Origin: Eledone cirrhosa
Lineage: Eukaryota
Assembly (NCBI GenBank): GCA_964016885.1
Contig: OZ024746.1
Span: 87,668,001 to 87,732,000 of the forward strand
Length of the DNA: 64,000 bases
Reading direction: 5' to 3'
The notes beneath the pieces are model-generated. The model was not told where the DNA came from. It did not search any database and saw only the letters and a list, made by a program, of their open reading frames with translations. Numbering within the stretch: position 1 is the first letter of the stretch; each line of letters opens with the position of its first letter. Made by a program: the position numbers and the translations under genes. Below are positions 42,332 through 55,200 of this stretch, piece by piece.

Positions 42332-43311
42332 ATATTAAATAAATGGAAACTATATTTATAAAACCATATTTATTCTATTATATATATTTCAAGGGTACCA
42401 AAGCTTTAGTACGCTTCCATCAGTTAAAATAGAAAGTATGTTTTATAAATTTTTACATAGCCGAGGAACATATCTTAACGGTTGAAGTTTTCCTTGGATA
42501 GTGGAATTAGACAGATATTTCAAAATTGTTAAGATGAGTATGCAAATGAATATGTAAATGATGTTGCGGTATAGGTTTGAAAAAACGTTATTTCAGACGC
42601 TATAGAGAATTTAGATATGTGTTTGTATGAGAAGGAAAGGAAGTAAAAGAAAAAAAAAGAAAAGAAGATCTCGTATTTACGTTCATTTTGGGGAAAACAT
42701 TTGAATATTTACCTATATTATGTATATACTTATATGGATAATTATGTATGTAATTATTTATCTTTTTACAATATTATAGTAGGTTATATGCATAGATATC
42801 TATAGATATTAATACTTGCATATGTATTAGTATTAAAAAGATATAGATAATTTACAATTATTAGTTGTTTATTATTCTAATATGAGATACAAGGGATGTT
42901 GATTTTGTGTTTTATGTAAATAAATATGTGATTCAAATTCTCCATAGCGTCTAAAATAACGTTTTTTCAAACCTATACCTCAATATCATTTACATATTCA
43001 TTTGCATACTCATCTTAACAATTTTGAAATATCTGTCTAACTCCACTATCCAAGGAAAACTTCAACCGTTAAGGTATGTTCCTTGGTTATGTCAAAATTT
43101 ATAAAACACACTTTGTATTTTATCTGATGAAAGCGTACCAAAGCTTTGGTTCCCTTGAAATATATATAATAGAATAAATATGATTTCATAATTATAGTTT
43201 CCATTTATTTGATATTGAATATTATACTCCAGGAAAACTGTCGAGTGTTCTGAATCAGTTATAAACATTTATATTTGTTGAATTACTGACAAATTGAATA
43301 TCCCTTCTGCT
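42327..43311 (+). mobile_element. Fold-back hammerhead element, family A copy 5 (longest)
   Basis: Arms ~42330-42612 and ~42935-43213; hammerhead 43116-43176 (+) intact, mirror 42371-42431 has CTGATGG; (TA)n flanks. Confidence 0.9.
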
Positions 43312-43375
43312 TATATATATATATATATAGTAATAATAATAAATTTGAAGACTAAAATCCAAAGAGGGCTCGATA

Positions 43376-43479
<104 letters not shown>

Positions 43480-43744
43480 TGTGTATGTAGGTGTGTGTGT
43501 GCGCGTATGTGTGTGTGCGTATGTGTGCGTGTGTGTGAGTGTGTGGGTGTGTGAGCATGTGTGTGTGCGTGGGTGTGTGTATGTGTGTTAAGATGGGTAC
43601 GTGTACAATTAATATATGACTTTCTCCATCCTTTACTTGTATGTGGTACCTTTTACAGATGATAGCAATTACTATATATTGGACCCTACTTTGCTAGTCA
43701 ATCCCTCTATATTAATCATTTCGATTGGTTAGATCACCTTTTGA

Positions 43745-44048
43745 TAATAATTGTTTCTACTTTTGGTACAAGGCCAGTAATTACCCAGTGCATTACTGGT
43801 ACTTTATTTTATCGACCCCGTAAGGATGAAAGGCAATGTTAACCTCGGCGGGATTTGAACTCTGAATGGCAAGGGGCGTAACTCTATGCGTCAATTGATA
43901 ATAATGACACTGCAGCATTTTAACGTCTATTTTACTGACTACACCCAGCAGAAACTTTGCCTTTCATCCTTACGGGGTCGATAAAATAAAGTAGCAGTAA
44001 TGCACTGGGATAATTGCTGGCATTGTGCCAAAAGTAGAAACAAATATT
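43745..44048. mobile_element. Two SINE fragments in inverted orientation (43745-43894 minus; 43954-44048 plus)
   Basis: Family core on opposite strands ~60 bp apart. Confidence 0.88.
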
Positions 44049-44617
44049 ACTTTGAAGTATAATTAATTATCTATGTAGATAGGACTGAAAAACTGAGCTG
44101 AAGTTTTTATTAAAATATAGTAAGAATGTACCATGGAGATGTATTTTTTACATTCTTAAATTTGATCCATGCATTATCTTATATAAAATGTTCTAATGCT
44201 GAAGTTTTATGTAAATTTGTCAGTATATGACATATCTGCTTTATGCTTAAATTTCTTATAGCAGCTTTTTTTATTTTTTTTTATTTTCATTATACCAGCT
44301 TGTTTTTAATTGTTTAATGTTGCTGATACATAATTATATTTATATGATCAGGTTTTTCATGTGCTTCTTGCTTTCCTCTCTTATATCAATGTTAATATCT
44401 ATTATTTTTGCTTTTTTTCCCATGTACGGTATCACCAGAATGTTCTTTGACAAAGTTATATGCGTTCTAACTGTTGATGTATACTCCGATGTATCGGATG
44501 AAACGATCGTTAGTAAAGAAATGTTATTAAAAACTCATTGATTGTTATTTATGAAGTATTGCGGCTCTGCAATATATTTGTTATTTTACATCGAGCTCAT
44601 CTCATACTTGTAATTGG

Positions 44618-44658
<41 letters not shown>

Positions 44659-44682
44659 CTGTGTATATATATATATATATAT

Positions 44683-45247
<565 letters not shown>

Positions 45248-45367
45248 TAAATATAGACATATATGGTTATGCTCACAATTGCAGATGTCGGTGTATAGGG
45301 CGGCCTTAGTGAAATGTTTGGTGGGATTGGAAGAATAAATTGTTGGATAGAATATACATATGTATAC

Positions 45368-45419
<52 letters not shown>

Positions 45420-45421
<2 letters not shown>

Positions 45422-45900
45422 ATGTGGTTGATGGTTGAGAGAAAGAAGTAATCAATAGTGAAGTCTGGGATGCCACAAGCAGCGGCACAGCCTGCAGAGG
45501 CAACCGGTGCAGGCTGCGACTAACCCTTGCTCTGTTGCAGTTGAGCCCCTAGCTGTGGACACTTCTGGTGTCCTTGGCCCTAGGGCTGCTTCCTCACTCA
45601 ACACCCTAGGCGTTGAGCTGGCTAGACGCAGGTGTGTCCCTCGCGAGATGAAATGTCTCTTCCACGGCACCTCCCTTACCATCCTCCTGCGAAACGCGCT
45701 CTCTATTCTGTCCTCCGAGGCGTGGCGACCAGCGCGTGGGACACCATTTGCTCATAATTGTTAGAGATGGGGAGGGTGAGAGTGATGGAGGCGATGGCTG
45801 TTGGAGTTCGTCTCTTCTCTATTCGGACCTGGTGTACGTGTGTGTGTATGTTTAATTCTATTCATTCAATACTGATATTGTTGTTTACAAACTATGAAAA
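45420..45900 (+). mobile_element. CRE-like non-LTR retrotransposon 3' fragment (RLE domain)
   Basis: VWDAT followed by PLAVDTSGVLGPRAASSLNTLG...E..CLF...SLTILLRNALSIL, matching the CRE-type endonuclease end. Confidence 0.7.
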
Positions 45901-46439
45901 ATATCAACATTATAAAGATTCCCAAGTTTTAATATTCATTTTATTAACGCTGAATAGTGAGTCTTGTTTCTTTGGGATTTCGCCTGTTTATCACAGGGTC
46001 ATAAGACAATAATTAACTCTTCAATAGCAGATACAGAATGAATAAGGGGGATTTAACTGTGTGGTAATTAAGATTGGATGGACAGGGTGGAGATGGAAGT
46101 GGGGGGAAGCGCTGTATGGAAGAAGCTGATAAAGGGTGGTAGTGAGCAGAACCATATCATTTTAACTGGTCGGTGTAAGGCACGTGACAAATGTGGATGT
46201 CGGTGTATAGGGCGTTAGTGAAATGTTTGGTGGGATTGGTAGAATAAATTGTTGGATAGAATATACATATGTATACAATTACACATGTAGATAAATATAC
46301 ATACCCACATACATATACATATGCATACAAGACACATATATACCCATGCAAACATAAACATATATTCATGTGTATATATATATATATATGTGTGTTTGCG
46401 TGTGTGTGTATGTAGATAGATAGATAGATAGATAAATAT

Positions 46440-49088
46440 CTTTCTTTATTTACCACAAAGGCGTACAAAATTGGGACATTACAAGACGTGACGGCGGGGG
46501 TTTTATATAAAAATCATATAACCCAGTTGGAATTGGCTGATGAGATTTTTGAGGCTATTACACTCCCCTCTATTATCACAAGTTCCAATCCCCGCTAGCA
46601 CTAAGGAGCGAGACGTTCCTTGGAATGGCTCCAGACGCTTAAAGAACTCTGGTCGCGATGTCCCAGTCGGCCACCAGTCTGAAAACTCCACTTTCACTAC
46701 CAATCACGCCAGGACCACCAGGCTTCCCTCCAGGTCCAGGTGAATCATCTGCACTTTGAGATCCAAGTTTTTTCGAAACAGAACAGCAACTCCCCCTCCA
46801 CCTCCTGGCTGACAGAGAGATGCGTAGATCTCAAAATCATCGAACATGCAGGTTAGCTGCTGCTCGTCGTGAATCCTGGACGCGGTGATGGCTATCACAT
46901 CTATACAATGTGAACTGAGATCATTTAAAAGCTGGCCCTGTTTCCAGGGCATGTCCAGGACACGTACATTCAAACATCCAACTTGTATAATCGCCATGTT
47001 GGTGAAGAAGAGTTAAAGAAAAGGCAGGAACACTTACCTATTCATTTCCTGGAGGTCCGTTTGTTCGATCTCCATGTCCAGATTGGGGATGTTTGGGGAG
47101 GGAGGGAATCATTTTCGCAGGACACTGTTAAAGGGTTTTTGGCAAGGGGGTCCCACATCATGTGGGAAGTTCCCTTTTAAAGTTTCGTACTGTAGGGAAG
47201 TTACTCTGATAAGTTTGAGGTTTGGGGGCGGGTCGTTGGTGGGGAAGGTTTTTCCCTTCCGTTTGTATTTTGGGGTCCTTTCGGACAGTTTCCACCAGTT
47301 CTTTGTTTCTTGTTTTTATGTATGTGTAATGTGTTTTGTTTTTTATGTGTACTGTTTGTTTATAGTTTTCTGTTTGTGGTTGAGATTTGTGATTGTGGTG
47401 GTGTGGGTGTTCGTTTTGTTGATGGCGTGTTTGGTTGTGTTGTTGGTGAGCTTGTCGTTTGTGGCAGTATGTTTATGTCAGTGTTGGGTGTGTGCATGTT
47501 TTCAGTTGATGTTTTTGTTGTATTTTTTCTGTCTTTTTGCTTCTTGGATTTTGGCGGTTCCTCTTCAGCCTCACTTGGAGATGTTGAGGTTCCTGTGTCT
47601 GAGGTGTTATCATTGTGGGTAGGTGGGAGGTGGTCTGTTGTGTGGTGGTGGTGTGTTTGCGTGTGTGTCTGTCGGAGTGTTGGACAGAGGGGTAAGGGGT
47701 GGGACAGAGTCCTTCAGGGGAATATTTGGTGTGGTGTCTTTTGTGGTTTGTGATGGTTAGGTGATTGTTGATGGGCTGGGGGGTAGTGTTCTTGTTCGGG
47801 TGTGTCTGTTGTAGTTGTGGGTTGGCAACAATGCCTTTTGTTTGTCCACATCCAGCATAGGGCAAAATGCTTTTAAATGTGGGTTTGTACCACATTTGAA
47901 ACATTGTGGTATTTTGCCCTCCACTGCGATGTAGACAGCATGGTTATCATCCACCGGCACCCTTTCCGGTATTTTTTCAATCCTCTCCGGTCTCATTTGA
48001 ACAAAAAGCTCAATTGAGGTCCCGTTCCAGTTCTGTGGCATTGATTCCTTTTACAGAGAGGAGGTTGTCTTCACCCTCCTCCAAAAAAACACCCAGGAAC
48101 CACGAAATGTTGCTGTACGGTGAGATCTGGAAGATCCTTATTTTATTACTTCTTCTTCCCATGTATGTTGGGAAGAAGATATGTTGGCTCGTTCTAATTG
48201 GAGCCACCGAATAATTCTGGTCGAGGGCCTCACTTTTAAATAGCACCGAGATGCTCCCGTACTGCTTGGCCCGTTGGAGGTAGCAACGTCTGGCATTGCC
48301 TGCTTTAGTGCGTTTTCCACCGTGCTATTGCGTAAAGCCATAGGTTTCTTTGTGAGCAGATCGTCCGGAAGAAAATTGTTTTTCTGAAGGTCGCGCACCT
48401 AATTTACGATGGGGTACTTATTCGAAAGCCGTTACCTTCGAAAGTTATATGTTGCGCGGCGTCCTTTACGTGCTGCGCTTGGTTTGACATATTTATTTCT
48501 ATAAACCCTGTCTATTTGGCAAGGCCTTCTGCAAAAAGGTTTTTGTGTGTGTGTGTGTGTTTGGTTGTTTTCATTTGTGCTGGAGTTGTTGTTTTTGTTG
48601 TTCTTGTTGTTGGTGTTGTTTTCGTTGATAGCAGTGTTGTTTTTGTTGCTGGTGGGGCCGGTTGTGTTGTTTTTGTTCATTTTTTCACACTTTGGGTTTT
48701 GGTTGGTTGCCATGGCAACGTCAAGTTGTCGGTCAGCAGGTGGAGAAAATACCTCCTCTCTGTGACCCTTGTCTGAGAAATCTGCTACTATGACAGTGGA
48801 AAGTGGAAGCTGTAAGCATATCTTCCCTGTTCCTCCTTCGAATGTTGGTGAAGTAGTTGTTGTTGGCTCAGCCTTTTTTTTTTTAAAAGTTAGTATTTCC
48901 AAAGGAATATTTTGCCATGAACTATTTCGCCTAAAGGCTTAGAATATTTTGAGAGACTGACTAAATCAAAATTTTACCTGGCATTCTCTCTACAAATTGG
49001 TATAAAAATGAAGGTTCACAATCATGAATTTCTATAGAAATTTAGGCAGAACGTACCCAGATAGTTTCACAAGTGTGCCCATCCCGAA
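46440..49088 (-). mobile_element. Internally deleted Tx1/L1-type element (ORF1, start of APE, 3' end)
   Basis: ORF1 zinc knuckle CFKCGTNPHLKAFC; ORF2 start MAIIQVGCLNVR...DVIAI...GGGVAVLF; joined at ~46505 to a 3' end aataaagaa + (TATC)n. Confidence 0.85.
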
Positions 49089-50110
49089 GATAGATAGATA
49101 GATATGATTCTTTATTAGCCACAGGGCCACACAAAAAGGGGACAAATACAAAGGGGGAAGTTTACATACAATAAAAACGTGTAAAATATTATCACAATTG
49201 TAATTTAAAAATTAATCGATTTTCCCCAATAGAGGGAGACATTTCATATGGGTAACACATAACCCCCCCCCCCCCAAAAAAAAAATATCCAACCCTCATC
49301 TCCAGGAGTACGAAACGTTTGTACCCCTTTCCTCTCTTCCTCCTTTTCCTTAACCTACAGGCTGATTTAGAGAGAAGGCCCATTCACTCGGACCATTCTC
49401 GCCATTTTCACCCACCTTTCATAAAACTTGCTGGGGTACAGCACCTCTCTCTCCATCCTGATTCTTCTTCCAAAGTGGTATTTGAAAAAAAGAATCAGTT
49501 GTCGGCCGGAGAGAAAGGTGTCTGACCTCAACCCTTTTAAACTCGTCCACCATACAACCTCTTTCGCCATAGCTATCACAGAAAGGAAAACCGCCTCTCC
49601 TTCGTTTTTGAAGGAGGGTGGCTGTTTGATTATGACAAATGGACTCGGTGGTCAACCGGATTGGTCCCACCCGCGACAATAGTCGTTCTACATAGCCCCA
49701 CAGGTCGGTAACGCCCGGGCAGTGTACAAGTGCGTGCACGACGCTTTCTTCGTCGTGAACGCATCACGGACAGATCTTTTTGTAAGAGTCCCTGCCCGGG
49801 CGCCCGTGTCTGTAGAGATTGTCTCGAACTGGTAGAGCTCCTCGATAGCACTGCCAGGCCAGGGACTTTTGGAAGTTGTCCATTGGTCCCGGGTGGAAGG
49901 TTCTACCGAACAGACTGGCCTGTTCGTCTTCCTCTACGCCCAGAGTTTCTCCGAGCGCGTCGTCGCACTTGCTGCGGCCCAACCTTCTATAGAATGACGT
50001 AGTGGAGTCTCCACTGATCGCCGGGTCCACCTGCCAGAGGGCTGTGAGCGCCTGAGCACATTCGATGTGCCAGTCGCCCATCTTCCTTGTCTTTGCTTGA
50101 CCTGGAACTG
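49089..50110 (-). mobile_element. Tx1/L1-type 3' fragment (ORF2 C-terminus and 3' UTR)
   Basis: NFQKSLAWQCYRGALPVRD, CP.C...E...HALVHCP, MAKEVVWW; 3' aataaagaa + (TATC)n. Confidence 0.88.
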
Positions 50111-50358
50111 CAGATCAGTCAGCGAGACAATTATATTTAGTTGATTTTAATCGTAATACTCAACATTTGATGAGATGGATTTCACTGATACATAGAAACT
50201 GGTTATATTTTATATATACACTATAAAATCTTTTTTAAATAATTGCCCTTCTGATTTTCTTTAATACTGTCACTTTGGCGAATCAAAGAGGGAAAAACAA
50301 AAGAAAAACCGTTCCTTAAACATATTTTCCGTTCTATTTCAAATTTGAACTTTACTCC

Positions 50359-50496
<138 letters not shown>

Positions 50497-51520
50497 ACGT
50501 ACATACATATATGTATACAGACGCACAGTAGTATGTATATATATACATACATGCACACATATATATATATGTACGTATGGGTTTACAGAACATTTATTAT
50601 AATGTATGTTCGTCTTGTTTGTAAAGAAACAAACAGCCCGAATTGCGCCTGCATACATATTGTATGTACCTATACATACATACTTACATTTAAGTATCAC
50701 CCGTACTAAGAGTGAGAAATGAAATTTCGTGTCATTCTTTTCCATGTATATATATATATACACACACGCATGCTTATATACATACATATAGGAGTATAAA
50801 TATACAAAATTCAATTCATAGCTACATATAAGCTAGTGGTGGGTGAATCTATAGGCACTGTGGTGATGGTGGGGGAGAGGATGTGTGGATGGTGGTGGCG
50901 GCGGCTGTAATGTAGTTAGAATGAGTCAAGTGTATCTAGTTTAAAATTAAAGAATTGAATAATTAAAGAAGTGATTACGGTGAAGTAAATGTGAATATAT
51001 ATTTATAGAAGCTGTGATGGGTGAATAAGTGCGCGGTAGCAGTGTGCTGTTGATGTTTTGTAAATATATATGAAACATATAAAATATATGAATATACATT
51101 ATGGAAATATTTCTACGATGAAGGTTATAAATATTAAGGATTTTTATATGATGATGATTTTGTGCTGGTGGTGTGGTGTGGGTGTTAGGCACGTATAAGA
51201 TATGAGCTAAGGCGTATAAATGAAGTAAGCAAAAAATGAAAGCATCCTGTAAAAATAAAAAAAAATAAAAAATTAAATGTTGAAGAATTTGAAGATGACA
51301 GTAATGACAAAATGACATATTGGAATAAAAGAAGTTTTAAATTCTTCAGGTGTCTGCTAGTGAAAATTTAGTTCTTGTCTGATGACCCGACAAACAGGCG
51401 AAATTCCAGAAAACAATACTCATAATTTAGCCTAACACACACACATACACACACATATATACATATAGGAAAACGTATGAAATCCTTCGTACAGTTAGGT
51501 ACTTTTAAAAAAGTTAATAG

Positions 51521-51846
51521 AATGACTTCTCGTGGAGTTCTAAACAATTTAATTCAATTCATAATATTATAAATTTACTATTTGGTTTTGTAAATCTAGC
51601 AAGTTCTTTATTAACTTCGGTTGGAGATTTTAAAAGATTCCTGGTTAACATTCCCGGGAACTTTCTCGCATTCATCGGTGGCGATTGTCCAACTGATCTC
51701 AAACGTTCTACAGGAAAGTTAACCGGAATCTTTAAAAATCTTCCCACCGAAGTTAAAAGAACTTACTGGATCTAAAAAAACAAATTGTAAAATTATAATA
51801 TTATGAAATTAAATTAAATTGTTTACAACTACAAGTGAAGTCATTT
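51521..51846. repeat. Diverged ~135-bp-arm inverted repeat
   Basis: aatgactt...aagattcctggttaac / gttaaccggaatctt...aagtcatt. Confidence 0.85.
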
Positions 51847-52159
51847 TTTCCCTTTTTTTCCTTTTGGGGTGTGCGCTTGTGCGTGTGTGCTAAGGCTAAG
51901 GTCACCACTGATAGAGAAAGATAGAGAACTACAGACAAAAATATGAACTTTTGTCTCTAAATATGTATGTAAAAACAAATCCCCCCCCCCATATTCTTCT
52001 TATTAATATGCAATGTAGTTGCATTATACACTTCCGTCGATGAAAAAGCGTATAAGCTGAAACCGGTACACGTGGAAATTCCTATTTTGTAAATAAATGT
52101 TTTGATGTTATTCTGAGAGAAAATCCCTTTACAGTTTTCTACTTTTTTTCTCTTTTTCA

Positions 52160-53019
<860 letters not shown>

Positions 53020-53086
53020 AGATAGATAGATATAAATATGTGTGTGTATGTATATATAGTTGAGTCTATGTGTATGTATATGTATG

Positions 53087-53120
<34 letters not shown>

Positions 53121-53244
53121 TAGAGATAGAGAGAGACAGATAGATAGATATAAATATGTGTGTATGTATGTATGTATAGCTGAGTCTATGTGTATGTATA
53201 TGTATGTGTATGTATGTATGTATGTATATATATGTATATTTATG

Positions 53245-53849
53245 TCAGGTCACCAGTTGGTGCTACTGGTAACATGTATCCCAGTACAACCTGTCTCATG
53301 GTCGGGTCGTTGGCGACTAAACTGGCAACCCCACCAAGGTTTCTTGGTGAGGAGGGTGACTTTGGACATCCTGCAGGACTAAAAACAAAACCTGTCAAAG
53401 GGCAAAGGAGCTCTTAAGAGTCAATGGCCATCCAAAATGACCGGGATAGATGACCCCTTAGCCTTTGTCAAGGCAGAATTATAGGAGAAGGAAAACTCTG
53501 ATATAACACCTGCAACCCTGATGGTATCCAATGATGTTGACTTGTTTTTCTTTTTGGTAAATATCATCTTGGTTAAGAGAGTGGGACTGGCTTTGTGCAG
53601 TGCCTTTGCTCACTATATAAGCTTCACGGCACAGGCATTGCTTTATATCTGGAGATCTCTCTGCACTTGTCCTCACATGGTACCATGGGCCCAGTACTAT
53701 GTGTCAATAATTGTCACAAGTGTAGTGTTTGTACCAGAGTTTTCAAGTCGCTGGCTGGACTAAAAAGACACACTCGTTCAGCGCTTCGGTAGGGGTTCTC
53801 CTACATGGATATAAAGTAGTGGCCGTACTCGAAAACGAGTTGGCAGCCA

Positions 53850-53852
<3 letters not shown>
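53245..53852 (+). mobile_element. Short RTE-like derivative (5'UTR-like part, C2H2-like zinc finger, 3' end)
   Basis: aggagaaggaaaactctga 5'UTR-like motif; HKCSVCTRVFKSLAGLKRHTRS*; short 3' hairpin actcg aaaa cgagt then (AT)n. Confidence 0.55.
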
Positions 53853-53886
<34 letters not shown>

Positions 53887-53944
53887 TATACATATATATA
53901 GAGCACTCTTTTTTCCTGAACTTTTCCGATGGAATTACTTCATT

Positions 53945-54008
<64 letters not shown>

Positions 54009-54329
54009 ATTGTATGTATATATATATATATTTTATGTATATATATATATATATATATATGTAAGCTTTAAATATAATCATTATTATGTGTCAACGTTTC
54101 TGGTTTACCAATTTATTCAGCGAGATCATTGGCCGTATGTGTAAGGAAGACACTCGGCAAAACAAATTTAGAAGAAAAAACGGAAACAAAACTAAAGGAA
54201 GTGAAAAAACATACAATCAAATTAATAATATGTTTTTATTAACTACATAAAGATGACATGAAGAAAATATAAATATATTACATGGCAGCACATCATGATA
54301 CAAAGTGTGATAACAGTTACAACAAATAT

Positions 54330-54860
54330 GTAAACATTCAAATACAAACATTCTCCAATCAGGGATGGCTTCTGATAATGCCTCATGGGGAAAGCCGACC
54401 AAAGGCCACAGACACAATGACTGCTGGAGCTAATGGATCATTCAGCTCTCCTCCTCCAATATGTTGGCGCATGAATAGACCAGATCCGTTCACTCGGATG
54501 ATGTTAGGCACACACACCCGTCTATATTTCTAAATACTCTTCCGTCAGCACTCTGATTTTTCTTTTCAAATGAAACATGAAACAGTTAAGCAGGGTCTCT
54601 CTCCTCAGTCACTTTATCGCCGTCTACCACAATACCTCTTTCGCCATGGACACCATGCATAGGAAATATGGCTGCCCATCACCACTAATGCACTCTGCTG
54701 GTATCCGGTCTGTCATGCACGTGATAGCAACTGTTATACATAACTCTAGAAGTCAGCAATACTCATGAGCTGCAAATATGCTTACAAATCGTTTCGTCGG
54801 CCTACACTCATCATTGACATGCTCAGCCGAGGACACCGCCATGTTTGTAGAGCTTACCCT
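54330..54860 (-). mobile_element. Older Tx1/L1-type 3' fragment
   Basis: MAKEVLW*TAIK aligns with MAKEVVWWTSLK at ~49570; colinear downstream similarity. Confidence 0.65.
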
Positions 54861-54898
54861 TTAGTCTGGGGAAGAACATTCTATGGAAAGAGAGAATT

Positions 54899-54989
54899 CA
54901 GCTGCTGCTGTTGTTGCTGCTGCTGTTGCTCGTGGTGATGATGAGGATGATGATGACGATGGCGATGATAGCGATGATGACGTGATAAC

Positions 54990-55026
<37 letters not shown>

Positions 55027-55200
55027 GCGATGGTAGCTATGATGACGATGGTGAAGATGATGACGATGATGCTGATGATGACGAGGAGGGGGAAGGCGGA
55101 GGATGATGATGATGAGGAGGAGGATGAAGAGGAGGGGGGATGAGGAGGAGCAGGAGGAGGAAGAGGAGGGGGGATGAGGAAGAGGAGGAGGAGGAGGAGG
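54899..55200. repeat. (GCT)n-(GAT)n-(GAG)n trinucleotide region
   Basis: Direct reading. Confidence 0.95.
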
